Assembly: GCF_009914755.1 (NCBI RefSeq) | Contig: NC_060935.1 | Strand: one strand, 5' to 3' | Origin: the human T2T-CHM13v2.0 reference genome, Homo sapiens | Length of the DNA: 64,000 nt | Shown here: one piece after another, positions 10,930 through 30,314 of the stretch | Layout of the letters: the number at the start of each line of letters is the position of its first letter | Position numbering within the stretch: the first letter of the stretch is position 1 | Translations under genes and position numbers: made by a program | The notes under the pieces: generated by a model | The model's database searches: none | Told to the model about the DNA's origin: nothing | What the model saw: only the letters and a program-made list of their open reading frames with translations

Positions 10930-13000
10930 ATCAAACCCAACATAAGCAGAAGAAGAAAAAAATCCAGATAAGAACAGAAATCAGTGAAATTAGAGACAAA
11001 AAATAGAGAAAATAAATGAGACAAAAATCTAGTTCTTTAAAAAAAATCAGTAAAATTAACAAACCTCTTGCTAGACCAACAAAGAAAAAAAAGAGAGGAT
11101 ACAAGGATACAAACTATAAGCTTCAGGAATGGATACCAAGTTTGGGGATATCACTACAGACCCCACAGACATGAACCGGATAATGAGCAAACGGTGCAAG
11201 CAACTCTACACATAGAAATTCAACAGCTTATGTGAAGCAGACCAACTCCTCAAAAAGCACAAACTACCAACATTCAGCCAGGACAAAATAGATAATTTGG
11301 ATAGCTCTATAATTATTAGGGGAATTGAATGTGTAGTTTTAAAATGCCTGTGTAGTTTTAAAATGCCAAAAGAAAGTTGGAATTTTAAATTTTCAGATGC
11401 AGAGAATTACCAAATTTTTAAAGACTGAACACCAATTCTACATAATCTCTGGAAAATAGTGGAGAAGAGAACCCTTCCAAATTCATTTTAAGGGGCCAGT
11501 ATTACCCTGATAGCAAAACCAGACAACGACAATACAAAAAAAGAAATAACCAATGCCCCTCATGAACATAGACACAAAATCTTCAACAAAAGAAAGCAAA
11601 TAGAATCCAGCAATATATTAAAGAATTACAAACCATGACCAAGTGGAGTTTATTCCAAGCATGTAAGACTAGCTCCACATTTGGAAGTAAATCAGTGTGA
11701 TCCACTGTGCTAACAGGCTGTAGAAGAAAACTCACACAATTGAATCAATTGGGACACAAAGAAAGCATTTGGAAATTTTTACCACCTGTTCATAATTTTT
11801 AAAAAACTCAGCAAACTAGGATTAGAGTGTCACTTCATCATCTACAAAAAACCTATAGCCAATTTTAGGCTTAATGGTGATAACTGAATGTTTTCCCCTA
11901 ACATTTGGAGCAATTACAAGTGTCCACTCTCACCACTCTTCAACATAATGAAGTTCTAGCCAGGGCAATAAGGCAAGAGAACTAGAAGATATACAGATGA
12001 GAAATGAAGAAATATTTGCACACACCATAGTAGTCTATGTATAAAATCTCAAGGAATCTACAACAAAAACCCAAGAACTAATAACAGTGAGTTCAGCAAG
12101 GTCTGAGGATTTAGATCGACACATAAACATCAATCATTTCTCAACCTTACATCTGATTAGGTGTGAATATCAAAAATATATAAGGAATTCAACCAACTTA
12201 ACAGCAAGAAAACAATTCAATTAAAAATGAGCAAAGGATCTGAACAGTTCTCAAATGAAGAGATATGAATAGCCAACAGATATATGAAAAATGCTCAACA
12301 TCTCTAAGAATCAGGAAAATGCAAATTAAAGCCACAATGAGATATAACCTCACACCTGTTGGAATCACTGTTATCAAAAAGACAAAAGATAACAAGTGTT
12401 GATGAAGATGTAGATAAAAAGGGAACACTTGTACACTGTTAATGGGAATGTAAATTAGTACAGCTGTTAAAAAAATAGTATGGGGGTTCCTCAAAAACTA
12501 AAAATAGAATTACCATATTATCTGGCAATTCCACTTCTGGGTATATATCCAAAGGAACTGACATTGATTTGCTGAAGAGATATATTCACTCCCACATTTA
12601 TTTCAGCATTATTCACAATAGCGAAGATATGGAAGCAAACTAACTGTCTATCAATGGATGAATGGGTAGAGAAAATGTGTATATACACAATGGAATACTA
12701 TACAGCCTTTAAAAGGAAGGAATTTTTGTCATTCATGACAATGTGGATATAACTAGTGGGGCATTATGCTAAGTGAAAGAAGACAGGCACAGGAAGACAA
12801 ATATTGTATGACCTCACTTATATCTGGAATCTTAAAAAGCTGGTCTCACAGAAAAAGTATAAAGGTGGTTACCAGGGGCTATGGGTAGGTGGGGAGGAGC
12901 AGGGATGGGGCCAGCAGGAGATGTTGACAGAAGGGCATGAAGTTTCAGTTAGACTGGAGGAATACGTTTTAGTGACCTATTGTACTTCATGGTAACCATG
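10930..13000 (+). mobile_element. Old degenerate L1 (L1M) ORF2 and 3' end fragments
   Basis: A-rich ORF2 remnants and L1MA-type 3' end (GAAAATGCAAATTAAAGCCACAATGAGATA, TGGAATACTA). Confidence 0.8.
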
Positions 13001-15052
13001 GTTTGTTCTCCTTGGGAAGAGTGGGGACGGGTCCCTGAAGCACCAAGTCACTGAAACTTCAATTTATTGTAAGGACAAATTCAAAAGTTGGAAATCAGAG
13101 ATGAACCAATGTGGATCTTCCAGTGTTGACTCAATATGGGGCAAACATTTTCCCAAGAAAGAGATAGAGGGGAGAAAGCCAGAGTGGGAGGATTACCCCG
13201 AGGGCTCTAGGCACAGGGGTGTCCTGGGGATTGTGAGAATTAAAATGTAAACTCCTCACCTAAGTGACAACGGCACGTGGGTGCGAAATTTCAGGCATGA
13301 TTTTTTTTCCCATCCAGCTCCCAGACTGAGAGAGACTCATTTTAATGCCCTCTGCTGTTACCAACATACGGAACCTCTCGAGGCAACTCTTTCATGGAGT
13401 GGGAAGCCGTTCGATGTCTCAGCTTTATGCTGAGATTCAATTGATTTAGTCTTCACCATGAAGTTCTTAAATCCAAGGCCCCGAAGTTCCTAGAACTACC
13501 AGATCCCTCAGAGCATTCACCCTGGCTTCATGCTTCCTAATCTCGTGGAATTTCTCTAATGCTACAGGAAACACAGCCATGCACTTAAACAGATGTCTGT
13601 TTTTACCAAGAATTTTCAATCATAGCCAGAAACATACCGGGTTCACTGTTTTTCCAGAAGTGGATGTCTACCTTAGAGTTTTCAGGAGGCTTCAAAACAT
13701 GGCAACCTGAAGTCCCTAGCCTCCAGTGGCAAATTCTTTCCTTACATTTATGACAGTTTTGCCTTATGTGTTGTGAGGAGCAGTCAAGTTCCGGAGACAG
13801 AAATCCGGAAGCACACACTGTCAGGGTCCCTGTTCCTTCCCCTAGGTCGTATCCATGAACCATCCCTTCACTGCTGCCTTGGGAGAGGGGAAGGTGTTCG
13901 GGCTGAGGATGAGATCAAACCAAAGTTTAACCACACCTCAGCATTCTATGACTTCACATCGCTGAGTCCATAAGAGAACCAGGACCCTCCAGACCCAGAA
14001 AATACTTGGGTGGATCCAAGATGGCCTGGTTGAGCCAAGATGGCTGAATAGGAACAGCTCCGGTCTACAGCTCCCAGCATGAGTGATGCAGAAGACAGGT
14101 GATTTCTGCATTTCCATCTGAGGTACCGGGTTCATCTCACTAGGGAGTGCCAGACAGTGGGTGTAGGACAGTGGGTGCAGCACACCGTGTGTGAGCCGAA
14201 GCAGGGCGAGGCATTGCCTCACTGGAGAAGTGCAAGGGGTCAGGGAGTTCCCTTTCCTAGTCAAAGAAAGGGGTGACAGATGGCACCTGGAAAGTCAGGT
14301 CACTCCCACCCTAATACTGCGCTTTTCCAATGGGCTTAAAAAACGGCACACCAGGAGATTATATCCTGCACCTGGCTCGGAGGGTCCTACGCCATGGAGT
14401 CTTGCTGATTGCTATTACAGCAGTCTGAGATCAAACTGCAAGGTGGCAGCAAGGCTGGGGGAGGGGCGCCTGCCATTGCCCAGGCTTGATTAGGTAAACA
14501 AAGCAGCTGGGAAGCTCAAACTGGGTGGAGCCCACCACAGCTCAAGGAGGCCTGCCTGCCTCTGTAGACTCCACCTCTGGGGGCAGGGCACAGACAAACA
14601 AAAAGACAGCAGTTACCTCTGCAGACTTAAATGTCCCTGTCTGACAGCTTTGAAGAGAGTAGTGGTTCTCCCAACATGCAGCTGGAGATCTGAGAATGGG
14701 CAGACTGCCTCCTCAAGTGGGTCCTTGACCCCTGAGCAGCCTAACTGGGAGGCACCCCCCATTAGGGGCAGACTGACACCTCACACAGCCGGGTACTCCT
14801 CTGAGACAAAACTTCCAGAGGAATGATCAGGCAGCAGCATTTGCGGTTCACCAAGATCTGCTGTTCTACAGCCACCGCTGCTGATACCCAGGCAAGCAGG
14901 GTCTGGAGTGGACCTCTAGCAAACTCCAACAGACCTGCAGCTGAGGGTCCTGTCTGTTAGAAGGAAAACTAACAAACAGAAAGGACATCCACACCAAAAA
15001 CCCTTCTGTACATCACCATCATCAAAGACCAAAAGTAGACAAAACCACAAAG

Positions 15053-16067
15053 ATGGGGAAAAAACAGAGCAGAAAAACTGGAAACTAAAAAGCAGAGCGC
15101 TTCTCCTCCTCCAAAGGAACACAGCTCCTCACCAGCAACAGAACAAAGTGGACAGAGAATGACTTTGATGAGCTGAGAGAAGAAGGCTTCAGATGATCAA
15201 ACTACTCCGAGCTACAGGAGGAAATTCAAACCAATGGCAAAGAAGTTAAAAACTTTGAAAAAAAAATTAGACGAATGGATAACTAGAATAACCAATGCAG
15301 AGAAGTCCTAAAAGGAGCTGATGGAGCTGAAAGCCAAGGCTTGAGAACTATGTGAAGAATGCAGAAGCCTCAGGAGCTGATGTGATCAACTGGAAGAAAG
15401 GGTATCAGTGATGGAAGATGAAATTAATGAAATGAAGTGAGAAGGGAAGTTTAGAGAAAAAGGAATAAAAAGAAATGAACAAAGCCTCCAAGAAATATGG
15501 GACTATGTGAAAAGACCAAATCTACATCTGATTGGTGTACCTGAAAGTGACGGGGAGAATGGAACCAAGTTGGAAAACACTCTGCAGGATATTTTCCAGG
15601 AGAACTTCCCCAATCTAGCAAGGCAGGCCAACTTTCAGATTCAGGAAATACAGAGAACGCCACAAAGATACTCCTCGAGAAGAGCAACTCCAAGACACAT
15701 AATTGTCAGATTCACCAAAGTTGAAATGAAGGAAAAAATGTTAAGGGCAGCCAGAGAGAAAGGTCGAGTTACCCACAAAGGGAAGCCCGTCAGACTAACA
15801 GCAGATCTCTCGGCAGAAACTCCACAAGCCAGAATAGAGTGAGGGCCAATATTCAACATTCTTAAAGAAAAGAATTTTCAACCCAGAATTTCATATCCAG
15901 CCAAACTAAGCTTCATAAGTGAAGGAGAAATAAAATACTTTACAGACAAGCAAATGCTGAGAGATTTTGTCACTACCAGACCTGCCCTAAAAGAGCTCCT
16001 GAAGGAAGCGCTAAACATGGAAAGGAACAACCAGTACTAGCCACTGCAAAAACATGCCAAAATATAA
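15053..16067 (+). pseudogene. L1 ORF1p, disrupted
   Basis: ATGGGGAAAAAACAG start; fragment KRPNLHLIGVPESDGENGTKLEN...; several stops and frameshifts. Confidence 0.9.
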
Positions 16068-16130
16068 AGACCATCAAGGCTAGGAAGAAACTGCATCAAC
16101 TAACGAGCAAAATAACCAGCTAACATCATA

Positions 16131-19963
<3,833 letters not shown>

Positions 19964-20530
19964 ACAATGAGAACACATGGACACAGGAAGGGGAACATCA
20001 CACTCCGGGGACTGTTGTGGTGTGGGGGGAGGGGGGAGGGATAGCATTAGGAGATATACCTAATGCTAAATGACGAGTTAATGGGTGCAGCACACCAACA
20101 TGGCACATGTATACATATGTAACAAACCTGCACATTGTGCACATGTACCCTAAAAAGTGTAATAATAAAATTAAAAAATAAGTAATATAACAATGTTGAC
20201 AAAGATGTTAGGAAAAAACAATTTTGAACAGTCAGAGTTCAAAATTGGTAGAGTCATTATGAAAACTGGGAGGGAGGTTATTTAAAAATTTAAAAAAACA
20301 ACCTACCCTACAATGCAGCAATTCCACTTCTGTGTGTGTAACTGAAGGGAATAAAAGCAGCATCTTGAAGAATTATCTGCCCCCCTGCCCCACGCCATGG
20401 TCACTGAAACAATATTCACAATTGCCAAGGTATAAAGACAAGCTAAATGTTTGTGGATGCTGAATGGATAAAGAAAATATGATATAAATAGACAATAAAA
20501 TATTACTCAGCCATACAAAAGAATGAAATT

Positions 20531-20839
<309 letters not shown>

Positions 20840-21499
20840 TCAACAGGATATGTTGATATATGATACACACATATATATTCATGTGACATATGATATACAC
20901 ACATATATATACATATGCACACATACATACATACATATAAATGACACATTCCAGGTAAGCTTCATACTAAAAAAGAGAAAATTATAAAATGATAATATTA
21001 TAACTGTATTACAGTTGGGCACTGGGGAATATAGCGTTTAAATGACCAACCTCAGTTCATACTAAAAAAAATAAAATTTTGAAGTAAAATAACTAGATTA
21101 TCTTATATTTGGGCAGATGCTTAGTGTTTGGAGAAAATTACTGAGTATAAATTTCTGTAGACTCCCATTAGAAACCTCTGAAGCATACGAAATCATAAAG
21201 CAGAACACACAATATCTGTTTACAGGACTTCTGGGATTTCTGAACCAAACACCATCACCACGCCTCTCGCACACTTCAGACACGATGCAAAAAAGGAAAT
21301 TAGAAAATATTTCGCACAGAGTTCCTCAAACATAGGCAGGTGCAAGCATGTTCCCAAAAGCAGTGGCCCAGCAAGCAGTGAGAACCATACAGGCCTTTAC
21401 TCGCCAGGAGGAGGACTCTGATTTTCACTGTGACCTTTATAAAGGAAGATCACTAAACAGGAAGCGGAGTCTGTAGAAGGTTTAAGAGAATGAGACAGA

Positions 21500-22450
21500 A
21501 GAGCTCCTGAAGGCAGCAAGAGAAAGACCCCCAGGCTCTCAGAAGCGCCCTTGCCCGCTTTACCTGCTTGGCGGCGCCTCCTGCGGCCAGTTCCTCGGAG
21601 CATCCACCTGTGCAGGGCCCGCGTCCTCCCCTCCCCGCGCCAGCCTGAAGCCCCCGGGCAGCCTCGGTTTCTCCTTTTCTTCTGGATCTCCAGGGACTGC
21701 GCGGCACCTGGGGTCCTCTGGTGGGGAATGAATGAGTGAGTGAATGAATGAATGAGGAACAGGGTGGCCATCTGGGTCTCAGTGTCTGTCTGGGGGCGGG
21801 GTGGGGGGCGTCCCCTGATGGGTCCGGCTTGTCAGCGCCACTCCTGGGGGCTTCCCGTGGGGGTGGCACAGGGCAGGGCCCCCCCATCTCAGGGCTGCTT
21901 CCTGTGGGGAGGGTCCCCGAGAAGCGGAGCGTGGGCTGGTTTTTAGGGGGTAACCCACGAAGGTTCCGCCAGCCCCCGGTCGGTTCTGGGAACCCCCGGG
22001 CTTGAGGAACCTGCCCGGCACCGCCCTGGAACCCGGGCCTGCAGCCTCCTCGGGGCCTCGTCTCCTTCCTCCCAGGGAAGCTGTGGGGCAGGGACCTGGT
22101 GGACGGCGGGTGGGACCCGACTCCCTCCCATCCCCTCACGGTGGGGTCGCGGCTCTGGGGGCTCCTGGGGCCGCTGCCGGACCCTCAGCTCTGTCGCCGG
22201 GGGGCCGCAGTCTCGGGGCGGCACAGATGGGGCGGCTCCAAGGCTTCAGCCACAGACATTGGTTTCCTCTGTTGGGGGCGCGGAGGCCCAAGGTCAGGGA
22301 GTCTCAGGGTTTGCTTCCTTCCCAGGCCCCTCCTGGGCTGGGGGCGGGTGTCTCCTGCGCCCCCTCGGGCCGCCCTCTGCGGGTCTGTCTCCTCTCCCCA
22401 TGCGGATCCCAGTGAGTCGGGATCAGGCCCACCCTGGGGATATCATTTAA
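21500..22450. promoter_or_regulatory. Orphan CpG-island-like GC-rich segment
   Basis: Visibly high GC and CpG density with GC boxes (GGGGCGGGG), against AT-rich flanks; no gene start recognised here. Confidence 0.65.
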
Positions 22451-22557
22451 ACTGAAAGACCTGTTCAATGGCCCCACCTTCAAATCAGGCCCCGTCCTGA
22501 GGGATTGGGGACCAGGCCTTCCACGCAGTGTGGGGCACACACTTTAGCCTGTCACAC
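22230..22557 (-). mobile_element. MLT1-type MaLR LTR remnant
   Basis: Motif order resembles MLT1 (GGCTTCAGCCACAGACATT...GGCCCACCCT...CACACTTTAGCCTGTCACA). Confidence 0.55.
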
Positions 22558-23619
22558 AGGATTCCCTGGGCCCCTAAGTACTGCAGCCAGGGTGGCTCTG
22601 GAACTGGGTGTGGCAGAGAAGGGGGTTGTGTCTGTTTCGCGGGGTCCCTGCTGGAGACGTTTCCGGCACTTCTTGATAGTGACTTTAATCCTCAAGGCAG
22701 CTGCGTGTTTTTCATGTCACAGGCACAGAGGAGTTAAGTATGAATAACTTGCCCGGAATGGCACAGCTGGCAGTGCAGGGATCAGATTAGCTAAGAAGGA
22801 ACTAAGTCAGGGGTCTTGACCTTGGCCTGAGAACGGTATAAGTGAGACACTGGGAGAACTGCGGAGCTCTGATGCCGCCTGGAGAACCATCCTGTGGGGG
22901 AGTGAGTTGGGGGGTACTAAAGGGTGTGAGCTTTCCTTCTGAGGCGATGAAACGTTCTATAACTGATTATGGTGACGGGTGCACAGCGCTGTGAATACGT
23001 TAAAAGCATTGAATTGTATACCTTAAGCGGGCTAATTGTGTGGCATATGAATTCTATCTCAATAAAGCTGTTACCAAAAAAAAGAAGAGGTGTCAGAGAG
23101 GTTGGGGAGCAGTGAAGCCGTGGTTGTACTGATGGACAGAGAGTTCTGGTGAGATCAAAGCATTGGAGAAAGAGAGCTAGAAAAAGGAGGGTGGCTGGAA
23201 GCGGGGTGCATGGGACAGACCCCAGTGGGGTGCCCTGCTGAGAACAAGGTCACAGATATCACCACAGGGATGAGAGGTGGGGAAGGATCATTTACTTGTG
23301 TGTGGAAATCACTAAAAATTAACCTAGAAATTGTGTTGGAAAAAGTAGTCACGAGCCAGAAGCTAAAATCATGAAGAAATTGGGAAGAGGTTGGCAAGGC
23401 ATACCAGACAGCACATAATGGAAACAGAGATGAAGGCTCTGGAGAAGACAGAGTGGGATGGGCTGGCGGTGAGGGGAAGACATTACCCATTCTCTGGGAC
23501 CAGTTCCCAAACTGAACACTTGGGCTTGTCAGTTTTCTTACTCGATTCCTTTCTATCCTTACATTTTTTGTGTCTAAAGATGTACCCAATTCTGAAAGTG
23601 AGATCTTTAACTCTCCCTC

Positions 23620-23907
23620 CATAGTCTTTTATTTTTATGATATGTGTTAATTTTTATTTCATGGCTCACTGCAGACTCGATTTCCCAGGCTCAATGATTT
23701 TCCCACCTAAGCCTCCTGAGTAGCTGGAACTACCGGTGTGCACCAGTATGCCTGGCTAATTTAAAACAATTTTTTTTTTCTAGAGATGATATCTTCCTAT
23801 ATTGCCAAAGCTGGTCTTGAACTCCTGGCCTCAAGTGATCCTCCTGCCTTGGCCTCCCTGGATTACAGGCACCCTGAGATTGCAGGCATGAGCCACTGTA
23901 TTTGGCC
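23620..23907 (-). mobile_element. AluJ-like, diverged
   Basis: Antisense Alu motifs. Confidence 0.8.
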
Positions 23908-24179
23908 TGTTTGGTGTTTGGTGCTTTGGCCCTAAATCCCAACTGCCAACTTGCTGCTGTCTGTCCTTTTCTTTTCCTTTCTGGTCATTTCATTTTATTT
24001 TATTTATTTTTGCTGTTATCCGTCTCCCTTTTTATGTTCAACGTGTCTCTATCACTTTGTTTTAGGTGAATTACTTGGAAACTGCACAACACACCCGCTG
24101 TTTTCAACAGAGTTCAGTCACCTCTTGAGGGCTCTTCTGATTCTTATCTTGGTAGAGCATCTCCTCAAGGATTTCTGCA

Positions 24180-26083
24180 GGTGAGTACACTGGTGACATG
24201 ATGCTGTATTCTTGGTCGAGTACACTGGTGACGTGTTGCTGTATGCTTGGGTGAGTACACTGTGACATGTTGCTGTATGCTTGGGTGAGTACACTGGTGA
24301 CATGTTGCTGTATGCTTGGGTGAGTATGCTGTGACATGTTGCTGTATGCTTGGGTGAGTACACTGGTGACATGTTGCTGTATGCTTGGGTGAGTACACTG
24401 GTGACATGTTGCTGTATTCTTGGGTGAGTATGCTGGTGACATGTTGCTGTATTCTTGGGCGAGTACACTGGTGACATGTTGCTGTATTCTTGGGTGAGTA
24501 CACTGGTGACCTGTTGCTGTATTCTTGGGCGAGTACGCTGGTGACATGTTGCTGTATGATTGGGTGAGTACGCTGGTGACATGTTGCTGTATTCTTAGGC
24601 CAGTACGCTGGTGACATGATGCTGTATTCTTGGGCGAGTACGCTGGTGACATGTTGCTGTATTCTTGGGTGAGTGCATTGATGACGTGTTGCTGTATTCT
24701 TGGGTAAGTACACTGGTGATATGTTGCTGTATTCTTGGGCAAGTACACTCGTGACATGTTGCTGTATTCTTGGGTGAGTACACTGGTGACATGTTGCTGT
24801 ATGCTTGGGTGAGTACACTGGTGACATGTTGCTGTATTCTTGGGCGAGTACACTCGTGACATGTTGCTGTATTCTTGGGCGAGTACACTGGTGACATGTT
24901 GCTGTATTCTTGGGCGAGTACATGTTGCTGTATTCTTGGGCGAGTACACTAGTGACATGTTGCTGTATTCTTGAGCGAGTACACTCGTGACATGTTGCTG
25001 TATTCTTGGGCGAGTACACTCGTGACATGTTGCCGTATTCTTGGGCGAGTACGCTGGTGACATGTTGCTGTATTCTTGGGCGAGTACATGTTGCTGTATT
25101 CTTGGGCAAGTACACTAGTGACATGTTGCTGTATTCTTGGGCGAGTACACTAGTGACATGTTGCTGTGTTCTTGGGCGAGTACACTCGTGACATGTTGCC
25201 ATATTCTTGGGCGAGTACGCTGGTGACATGTTGCTGTATTCTTGGGCGAGTACATGTTGCTGTATTCTTGGGCGAGTACACTAGTGACATGTTGCTGTAT
25301 TCTTGGGCGAGTACACTAGTGACATGTTGCTGTATTCTTGGGCGAGTACACTCGTGACATGTTGCTGTATTCTTGGGCGAGTACGCTGGTGACATGTTGC
25401 TGTATTCTTGGGCGAGTACATGTTGCTGTATTCTTGGGCGAGTACACTAGTGACATGTTGCCGTATTCTTGGGCGAGTACGCTGGTGACACGTTGCCGTA
25501 TTCTTGGGCGAGTACGCTGGTGACACGTTGCCGTATTCTTGGGCGAGTACGCTGGTGACACGTTGCCGTATTCTTGGGCCAGTAGGCTGGTGACACGTTG
25601 CCGTATTCTTGGGCGAGTACGCTGGTGACACGTTGCCGTATTCTTGGGCGAGTACGCTGGTGACACGTTGCCGTATTCTTGGGCGAGTACGCTGGTGACA
25701 CGTTGCCGTATTCTTGGGCGAGTACGCTGGTGACACGTTGCCGTATTCTTGGGCGAGTACGCTGGTGACATGTTGCCGTATTCTTGGGCCAGTACGCTGG
25801 TGACATGTTGCCGTATTCTTGGGCGAGTACGCTGGTGACATGTTGCCGTATTCTTGGGCGAGTACGCTGGTGACATGTTGCTGTATTCTTGGGCCAGTAC
25901 GCTGGTGACATGTTGCTGTATTCTTGGGTGAGTACGCTGGTGACATGTTGCTGTATTCTTGGGCGAGTACGCTGGTGACATGTTGCTGTATTCTTGGGTG
26001 AGAATGCTGAGGACATGCTGCTGTATTCTTGGGCGAGTACATTGGTGACATGCTGCTGTGTTCTTAGGTGAGTACACTGGTGA
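24180..26083. repeat. Large VNTR, ~55 copies of 35 bp, with 166-bp higher-order block
   Basis: Unit GTGACATGTTGCTGTATTCTTGGGYGAGTACRCTG; 26-bp deleted units at 24916, 25082, 25248 and 25414. Confidence 0.97.
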
Positions 26084-26251
26084 AACAATGCCCAATCGCA
26101 CGGCCAAGAGATTTGAGGAGCAGGGACATCTGGTAAGCAGACTTCAGTTTCTTTTCAGTAATGTGCCCCTCTTATGCTCTCCTCAGGGTTTAGCATGCAT
26201 CCCTTAAACAAAGAAAGTAGCCTCATATAAGCAATGGTTTTGTGACTAGAG

Positions 26252-26611
26252 TGCCTCAGTCCATTATTGCTGCTATAAGATAATAATTGACCTGGGTAAT
26301 TGATAAAGAACAGAAATGTACTTTCTCAGAGTCCTGAAGGCTGGGAAGTCCAAGATCAAGGTGCTGATATCTGGTGTGGGCCTTCTTACTGTGTCTTCAC
26401 ATATTGGAAGGCAGAAGGGCAAGAGAGCATGAATATGTTGTCCTCACATGGCAGAAGAACAGAAAGGGGTGAATGCCCTCTCTCAAGTCCTTCTTGGAGC
26501 AGCACTAATTCATTCCAAGTACCTTTTGTTAGGCCCCACCTCCCAACACTCTTGCATTGGGGATGAAGTTTCTAATACATGAATTTTGGGGGACACATGC
26601 AGACCATGGCA
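26252..26611 (-). mobile_element. MaLR solo LTR (MST/MLT1A-like)
   Basis: GCTGGGAAGTCCAAGATCAAGGTGCTG...GGCCCCACCTCCCAACAC...CATGAATTTTGGGGGACAC. Confidence 0.8.
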
Positions 26612-26812
26612 TAAAGGAACCTCTCTCCCCACATGGAGTACAACTGAGCAGGGAACCCAGCTGAGCAGCTGAAGTAAGCAGCCTAAGAGGAGTGAACACT
26701 CTGCCTGGGGAAGAGAGAAAACAACAGCAGAGAGACTTGTGAGATTTTCAGAAATAATTGAGTAGGGGAAAAGATTCCCCACAAACAACAAGATGAGGAT
26801 AGATTATTCTTA

Positions 26813-27130
<318 letters not shown>

Positions 27131-27141
27131 GTGATCCCCAG

Positions 27142-29850
<2,709 letters not shown>

Positions 29851-30224
29851 TGAGTAAAATATAAAGACCATGGATAATTTTGAAATCTAAAAATGTGAAA
29901 TTAATATTCCTGGGGGAGTCAACACAGGAAAGATGAGAGCACGTGGGCAAAGGCTGTTGCCCATTGGTCACATGTGGTCAGCAGAGAGCAGGTGACCAGC
30001 ACCCTGGAGCTTTGCGGGAAGCACCAGACAGCCTGGAGCTGAGGTTTCAATTGTAGGGGCCAAAACAAATAGGGAAAAAGACAAATTTAGTAAACAAAGA
30101 AAGTAGATGCTCAACTGAGCCAGGAGGAAGTCACTAGCAAAGAGGAAAAAAAATAGAGCTCTGGAAAAATAGTGTAAACAGTCACAAGGAAGCGACCCTG
30201 TATTGTGCCTGACCTCTGGACAGG

Positions 30225-30232
30225 TATATAAA
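30225..30232 (+). promoter_or_regulatory. KRTAP5-7: TATA box of KRTAP5-7
   Basis: TATATAAA ~90 bp upstream of the ATG, conserved in all three paralogs. Confidence 0.85.
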
Positions 30233-30314
30233 GAGCCCGGGCTCAGGGGGCTCCACACCTGCACCTCCCTCTCACCTGCTCCTCTACCTGCTCCACCCTC
30301 AATCCACCAGAACC

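Noticed and set aside
14389-14478. L1 antisense ORF0
   Set aside because: The ATG is present, but a small deletion leads to a stop after ~29 codons.
21397-22540. Overlapping Pro/Gly/Arg-rich ORFs
   Set aside because: Typical of CpG-island composition on both strands; no homology recognised.
24180-26083. CRISPR-like appearance of ~35-bp repeats
   Set aside because: Head-to-tail units without unique spacers, no cas genes, human DNA.
24104-26107. Minus-strand ORFs with SPAYSP repeats resembling the Pol II CTD heptad
   Set aside because: The 35-bp unit cycles through all frames, giving the same peptide in each; a stop-poor repeat, not a gene.
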